From assembly GCA_049975265.1 (NCBI GenBank), contig JBNGDF010000036.1, forward strand, positions 1 to 21,219: a stretch of 21,219 nucleotides of DNA, given 5' to 3'. The DNA comes from Fidelibacterota bacterium. Its GTDB lineage: Bacteria > Fidelibacterota > UBA2242. How positions within the stretch are numbered: the stretch's first letter is position 1; each line of letters starts with the position of its first letter. Positions 16,485 to 21,219 of the stretch are shown in pieces. The notes beneath the pieces were generated by a model, which ran no database searches, was not told the DNA's origin, and was given only the letters and a program-made list of their open reading frames with translations. Made by a program: the position numbers and the translations under genes.

Positions 16485-18599
16485 TTACGATAAATTCTCA
16501 ATCGAGAGTTGCAGGGTAATTGCTTTCTCTTCACCAGGCTGCAGCGTCACCAGAAAGATCGGTACTATCACCGAACTCTGGTAGACCCTTTCAAAGCCCG
16601 CTTCCGACAGCGAGACTGTTTCGATGGGGAATCGCCAGAACTCGTCGGCATCCGGAGTTGCGACCGTTAGCCGGAATTTATCCCACTCATTGACCACCGT
16701 CATGGCTGAAACTTTCGTCAAAACACCCTTCCCGTTGAGTGCCGGTTCCCTTAGCTTCTTACCGTCCGCGGCATAGTAGCGATCCGGACTGTCGCCGCCC
16801 AGCAGCGCAAAATTGAATTCCGGACCGAACCGAAAGCTGTTTGCCTTTTCACCGGAATTGGTCAGCCGGTAATTGATTTCAAGGGCGGACTTGGCGAATC
16901 GAATTGTCTTCTCAATCCGAAAGCGTTGCCAGTTGACCCAGCCCTCCCGACGGAAGTGAACGGTTTTCGCTTTTTGGTCAACGGAATAGTCATAGGAGCC
17001 CTGGATGAAGTCGCTGTCCTCGTAATAATCGCATTGGCGGAACTGATCAAAGGTTACCGCCGGATTGAAAATATGATCCAGTAAATTTTTTCGGGGATAG
17101 GGATCGTATTTCAGATAGTTTTCGAGCCCTGTCTCTTTGGCAACGACATTGTCGTGAATCGAGCCGCCCTTGCTCTCCGAGCCGGCTTCCAGCACCCGCC
17201 GGTGATAGGATTCCCGGTAGCGTTTCAGACTGTTCAGAACATTGAAGGACTTATCCAGCAGCGATAATTCCGTCACCATGGCGCCGCGGTGGGGCGCAAA
17301 CACCGTCTGGATTTCATCGGACGTAATCAGCAGTTCCCGGCTGCCGTCAATATCAATGTCCAACTCTTCGACGTGGAAGCGGGGACGTTTTTCAATTTTA
17401 TTCAGCAGCCGCTCGCAGCTCAGCAGTTCGGTATAGATGGCATGACGCAGATGGGGCAGATAGAGACCGCCGAAGACCCCGTGCCAGTAGGCGCAGTTAC
17501 ACATGCTCCGCCAGAGATGCTCGCGGGCACTGGTGAGTTCGGTTTTCCCGGCGGCATTCAATTTGTCACTATCAATCTTATGATACCGGTCGGAGAGATG
17601 CTGCATCTTTTTCTGCATCCAGTTGGCTTCGTCGTATTTAAACAGAAAATTGCGCCAGATACCGCCCTTGATAAAGGGGCGCACGTCGTCGCCGCGTTCC
17701 AGTTGATCGAACTCCTTGACCAGATCGTCGAATTTTTCACCGGCTTCCCAGGGCAGCGACCACTCACTCATTTCAAAATAGGATGCCGTCGGCAGATAGA
17801 TGCGCCCTTTGGGAGCATGCTGAGAATAGTAATCCGCAAAGGTGCAGGTTTTTAACCAGTCACTGTTTTCCTCCAGGGTCTCCAGGAATTTTTGCAGCCA
17901 ATTCTGTTTAAAGACCGTTTCGTAGGTGCTCGGCCAGACGCCGAATTTTTCCCCGTCGTCCGCCATCACGATGGCGTTACCGGCAGATTCTGCCGCGAAG
18001 CGGCGCAGATGATCAATGGTCGCCTGAGGCTCCTTGAAGGGAATCGCATAGCGCAGCTTCTGACTGATGGGAAAAATCGAAAGTGCGTAGCCTTGCTCCT
18101 CGGTTATGAAGTGCCCGGTCAGGTCTTTTTCCATTTTCCCCGTCCCGAGAAAATGATAGTCATCCACGGTGATATATTTGATTCCGGCTTCGGCAATCGG
18201 CTTCGCCAGCGCGGGTTCCCAAACCCGCTCGGTCAGCCAGAGCCCCTGGGGTTCATAGCCAAAGCGACGCCGGATGTAGTCGTTCATCATCTCGATCTGT
18301 CCGAGCTTGTCCGTATCGGGAATCATCGCCAGGACCGGCTCGAAAAACCCGCCGCTCAGGATTTCCACATTGCCCCGTTCCACCAGCCTGGCTATCTGAT
18401 CAATATATTCGGGATGCTGCCGCTCCAGCCATTCCAGCAGGCAGCCGCTGAAATGAAGTGTCAGCGCAATGCTGGGAAATTTTTCCACCACCTCCACAAA
18501 GGGCAGATAGCTATGCCGGTAGGCATGCTCGAAGACGAAATCGAAATTGCCTACCGGCTGATGATTGTGTATTCCAAAAATAAAATGAACCGATTTCAA
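16485..18599 (-). CDS. GH57 4-alpha-glucanotransferase / alpha-amylase (DUF1925/DUF1926 architecture)
   Basis: HNHQPVGN, WLTERVW (nucleophile Glu), DDGEKFG (acid/base Asp), YLPTASYFEMSEWSL, GGIWRNF, AYWHGVFGGLYLPHLR, ETVSLSEAGFERVYQ; TTG start 15 nt after the gap stop. Confidence 0.93.
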   Translation of the reverse strand: MKSVHFIFGIHNHQPVGNFDFVFEHAYRHSYLPFVEVVEKFPSIALTLHFSGCLLEWLERQHPEYIDQIARLVERGNVEILSGGFFEPVLAMIPDTDKLGQIEMMNDYIRRRFGYEPQGLWLTERVWEPALAKPIAEAGIKYITVDDYHFLGTGKMEKDLTGHFITEEQGYALSIFPISQKLRYAIPFKEPQATIDHLRRFAAESAGNAIVMADDGEKFGVWPSTYETVFKQNWLQKFLETLEENSDWLKTCTFADYYSQHAPKGRIYLPTASYFEMSEWSLPWEAGEKFDDLVKEFDQLERGDDVRPFIKGGIWRNFLFKYDEANWMQKKMQHLSDRYHKIDSDKLNAAGKTELTSAREHLWRSMCNCAYWHGVFGGLYLPHLRHAIYTELLSCERLLNKIEKRPRFHVEELDIDIDGSRELLITSDEIQTVFAPHRGAMVTELSLLDKSFNVLNSLKRYRESYHRRVLEAGSESKGGSIHDNVVAKETGLENYLKYDPYPRKNLLDHIFNPAVTFDQFRQCDYYEDSDFIQGSYDYSVDQKAKTVHFRREGWVNWQRFRIEKTIRFAKSALEINYRLTNSGEKANSFRFGPEFNFALLGGDSPDRYYAADGKKLREPALNGKGVLTKVSAMTVVNEWDKFRLTVATPDADEFWRFPIETVSLSEAGFERVYQSSVIVPIFLVTLQPGEEKAITLQLSIENLS

Positions 18600-18614
18600 G
18601 CAAAACAGCCTTAT

Positions 18615-19622
18615 CTACATCTTATCAATCAAGGCTTGAACCAGATCAACGACCCGGCAGGTATAGCCGTATTCATTGTCGTACCAGCCGGATACTTTGA
18701 CCATTCCATCAGGTAATACCCGGGTCATCTTCGAATCAAAGGTCACCGAATAGGGTTCACCGATGACATCAGAGGATACAAATTCATCCTCGGTATACTG
18801 CATGATTCCCTGCATGGGTCCTTCCGCCGCCTTTTTCATGGCGGCATTGATCTCTTCCACGGTCGCCGGTTTTTCCAGTTCGAGAACCAGTTCGGTCAGC
18901 GAACCGTCGGGAGTCGGGACGCGGTAAGCGACGCCATCCATTTTGCCTTTGACCTGGGGGATCACCTGACCAATCGCTTTGGCAGCGCCAGTGGATGTGG
19001 GCACCACCGACATAGCCGCGGCACGGGCCCGGCGCAAATCTTTATGCGGTGCATCCAGTAAATTCTGATCCATGGTATAGGCGTGGATTGTCAGGAGAAA
19101 ACCCTGTTTGATGCCCCAGTTGTCCACCATCACTTTCGCCATAGGAGCGGCGCAGTTGGTGGTGCAGGAGGCATTGGAAACGATCTCTTCGGTACCTTTG
19201 AGTTCTTCACTATTCACGCCCAGGACGATAGTTGCATCAATTTCGTCCTTGGCGGGTACGGTCAGGACCACCTTTTTGGCGCCGGCAGTCAGGTGCGCCG
19301 CAATCTGAGCCCGTTTGCGGAACACGCCGGTGGCTTCGATCACGACATCCACGCCCAATTTTTTCCAGGGCAGCTGCGCCGGGTCTCTTTCGGCAGAAAC
19401 CGGGATTCGCTTGCCGTCCACCACGAGGACATCCCCGTCCACTTCCACACTCCCGGGAAATTTGCGGTGAACTGAATCGTGTTTCAGTAAAGCACCCAGG
19501 GTCTTCGCATCGGTCAGATCGTTGATCGCAACGATCTCCCAGTCTTTGCCCATCTCTTTTGCCGCCCGTATAAAAGCTCTTCCTATACGCCCGAAACCGT
19601 TGATCGCAATTTTTGTTGCCAT
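18615..19622 (-). CDS. gap: Type I glyceraldehyde-3-phosphate dehydrogenase
   Basis: AINGFGRIGR, SNASCTTNC active site, DLRRARAAA, STGAAKA, RVPTPDGS, WYDNEYGY; ATG 19622 with AGGAG (19633-19629). Confidence 0.98.
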   Translation of the reverse strand: MATKIAINGFGRIGRAFIRAAKEMGKDWEIVAINDLTDAKTLGALLKHDSVHRKFPGSVEVDGDVLVVDGKRIPVSAERDPAQLPWKKLGVDVVIEATGVFRKRAQIAAHLTAGAKKVVLTVPAKDEIDATIVLGVNSEELKGTEEIVSNASCTTNCAAPMAKVMVDNWGIKQGFLLTIHAYTMDQNLLDAPHKDLRRARAAAMSVVPTSTGAAKAIGQVIPQVKGKMDGVAYRVPTPDGSLTELVLELEKPATVEEINAAMKKAAEGPMQGIMQYTEDEFVSSDVIGEPYSVTFDSKMTRVLPDGMVKVSGWYDNEYGYTCRVVDLVQALIDKM

Positions 19623-19685
19623 GTTCAACTCCTTCTGGTTTAGGTTTTCAATGATTCAAACAAGGTCTCTGTTTTTTTCCGTTAC

Positions 19686-19738
19686 TCCGTTATGAGTTAA
19701 CGGACGTTGAATTTAGGTTTTTCAGACCACTTTTACAA
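19686..19738 (-). promoter_or_regulatory. Putative gap promoter with a palindrome at the predicted transcription start
   Basis: Minus strand TTGTAA (19738-19733), 17 nt, TAAATT (19715-19710), then TCCGTTA-ACTCA-TAACGGA (19704-19686). Confidence 0.55.
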
Positions 19739-19934
19739 AGGAAAATCCATCGTGCGGCGCTGATTCTATCCAGCGGGATTCGTCACTGGTGAGCCCACCC
19801 GCTTCGGGACTGAAATTTGAGAATCAGAAAGAGTTCATCTCCCGAAAGTTCGACTCCTTTTGCTGTATCGGAACCTCAATCCCAACGGTGAGTAAGGACC
19901 GAATATGGGCTTTCGGCATAACTGGTAATATACC

Positions 19935-20217
19935 CTACTTCACCAGCAACATCTTCTGATTCAATTGGTGTTCCGTGGAACAATAAACAATGAAGTAAAC
20001 ACCGGTCGGTACAACCGATCCGGAGTTATTTCTTCCTTCCCAAAGAATCGTATGATAACCGGCGGGATAGATATTCATGCGCCGGTTGTTCAGACGCCAG
20101 ACCTCATTTCCGGCAATATCATAGATTGCCAGCGAAAAAGACATCTTCTCCAGTAAATCCAGTTTAATCAAGAGAATTCCCCATTGATGCTTGCGTCGGG
20201 TAGTTCATTGAATTCAT
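19935..20217 (-). pseudogene. Frameshifted remnant or stand-alone FlgD-Ig/T9SS-type C-terminal sorting domain
   Basis: Frame 19935-20171 encodes IYDIAGNEV...GYHTILWEGRNNSGSVVPTGVYF...KMLLVK with no signal peptide or cargo domain. Upstream, ATG 20217 (GGAGA RBS) reads MNSMNYP... and stops at 20166-20164; INGEF is in a third frame. Confidence 0.65.
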
Positions 20218-20229
20218 GACATCTCCAAT

Positions 20230-21219
20230 CTAAGATGGATTGAGATGCCCTCTGACAATCGCAGCTTTGCCTTCCGGTGAACTTCCGACTATAACTATTA
20301 ATTCAGAATTAACATCAAGAGAATATAATTTTAAATAGGGAGTATAAAATTCTTTATACCATTTCCACGATTCTCCATTATAATGAAGAATTGTACCCCT
20401 ATCACCTGATACAAACACATCATTATCAGCCGTTCCCCGAATGGTGAATAATTTTCCATAGGAATTATCCTGCGTCCACCAGCGTGGATAGACCCAGCGA
20501 AACTTACCGGATGATATGGAATATTTAAAAACACCCCAGCCATTGACTAGCCAGAGACTGTCTCCATATTCTGATATCCAAATCCCGTCAATTGAACCGA
20601 AAAGGGTGTCATATGGCGCCGTTGTCCCGGTTTCCCGCATATTGGTCTGTATGATCGTTTCCCAGGAATCACCCGATTTCTCAAGAAGTATTCCCTCGGC
20701 AGCATCACTCGTCGCTCCGCATACCCAGATTTCATCGTCCGATCTACCCCAAATATCAACCAAATTAATATCAGTCCCAGTCTCCATTTTCTTAAACGAC
20801 TTATTACAATATCGCACTATGGTACCATTGTTACCAACAAAATAAAATCCCGATTGAAAATTATTAGATATAACGTATACGCCGCCTTCATCTTCATTCA
20901 GAATGTTCATATCCCATAAATGGTAAATATTCCATTCTATACCATTCCAATATTCTGGTACACCAGTACAAGCCCAAATATCATTATCGCTTATATACTG
21001 AATTGAATACATCGGAGGATTGACCAAAGCTGTCCCGTAATAAGCCTCAATATTAAATACATGCCAGCGGTTACCATTCCACTTTACCGCATTGTAGGTG
21101 CCACTGTCTGTCTGAATTTCACCAACTGCCCAGATGTTGTCTTCCTTGATTATCACTACATCACGTAAAATGCTGTGATATTCTCCAATAACAACCATTT
21201 CCCAGTGAATATTATGACT
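20230..21219 (-). CDS. Trp-rich beta-propeller-like hypothetical protein, 5'-truncated
   Basis: Frame is open to the window edge (SHNIHWE precedes the ORF-track Met); repeated units such as DNIWAVG, NDIWAC, DIWGRSDDEIWVCG, GTADNDVFVSGDRGTILHYNGESW. Confidence 0.85.
   Translation of the reverse strand, partial: SHNIHWEMVVIGEYHSILRDVVIIKEDNIWAVGEIQTDSGTYNAVKWNGNRWHVFNIEAYYGTALVNPPMYSIQYISDNDIWACTGVPEYWNGIEWNIYHLWDMNILNEDEGGVYVISNNFQSGFYFVGNNGTIVRYCNKSFKKMETGTDINLVDIWGRSDDEIWVCGATSDAAEGILLEKSGDSWETIIQTNMRETGTTAPYDTLFGSIDGIWISEYGDSLWLVNGWGVFKYSISSGKFRWVYPRWWTQDNSYGKLFTIRGTADNDVFVSGDRGTILHYNGESWKWYKEFYTPYLKLYSLDVNSELIVIVGSSPEGKAAIVRGHLNPS

Noticed and set aside
19844..19860. GTTCGACTCC resembling a tRNA T-loop or attR copy
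   Set aside because: The flanking stem pairs poorly, there is no cloverleaf, and it does not match the tRNA-Lys 3' end.

Overview
Ordinary-looking bacterial chromosome segment of moderate GC. Clear Shine-Dalgarno sites, sigma70-like promoters and T9SS/FlgD-type C-terminal sorting domains suggest (inference) a non-Bacteroidota FCB-group lineage such as Marinimicrobia, KSB1 or Calditrichota. From left to right: the 3' part of tRNA-Lys(UUU), an AT-rich spacer, an orphan 110-aa ORF, and a Tat-type sulfatase divergent from a GH97 (SusB-like) alpha-glucosidase. Next is a four-gene minus-strand outer-membrane operon (TonB-dependent receptor, DUF4876-like lipoprotein, putative outer-membrane protein, secreted Asp-box propeller + lamin-tail + sorting-domain protein). 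Then come housekeeping genes glyQS and topA, a GH57 4-alpha-glucanotransferase/amylase and gap, a frameshifted sorting-domain remnant, and a 5'-truncated, compositionally mosaic beta-propeller gene. The best candidate for an undescribed system is the SusD-less TonB operon with its long upstream imperfect inverted repeat. No CRISPR array, transposase or integrase was seen. Family names come from motif recall, not database searches.
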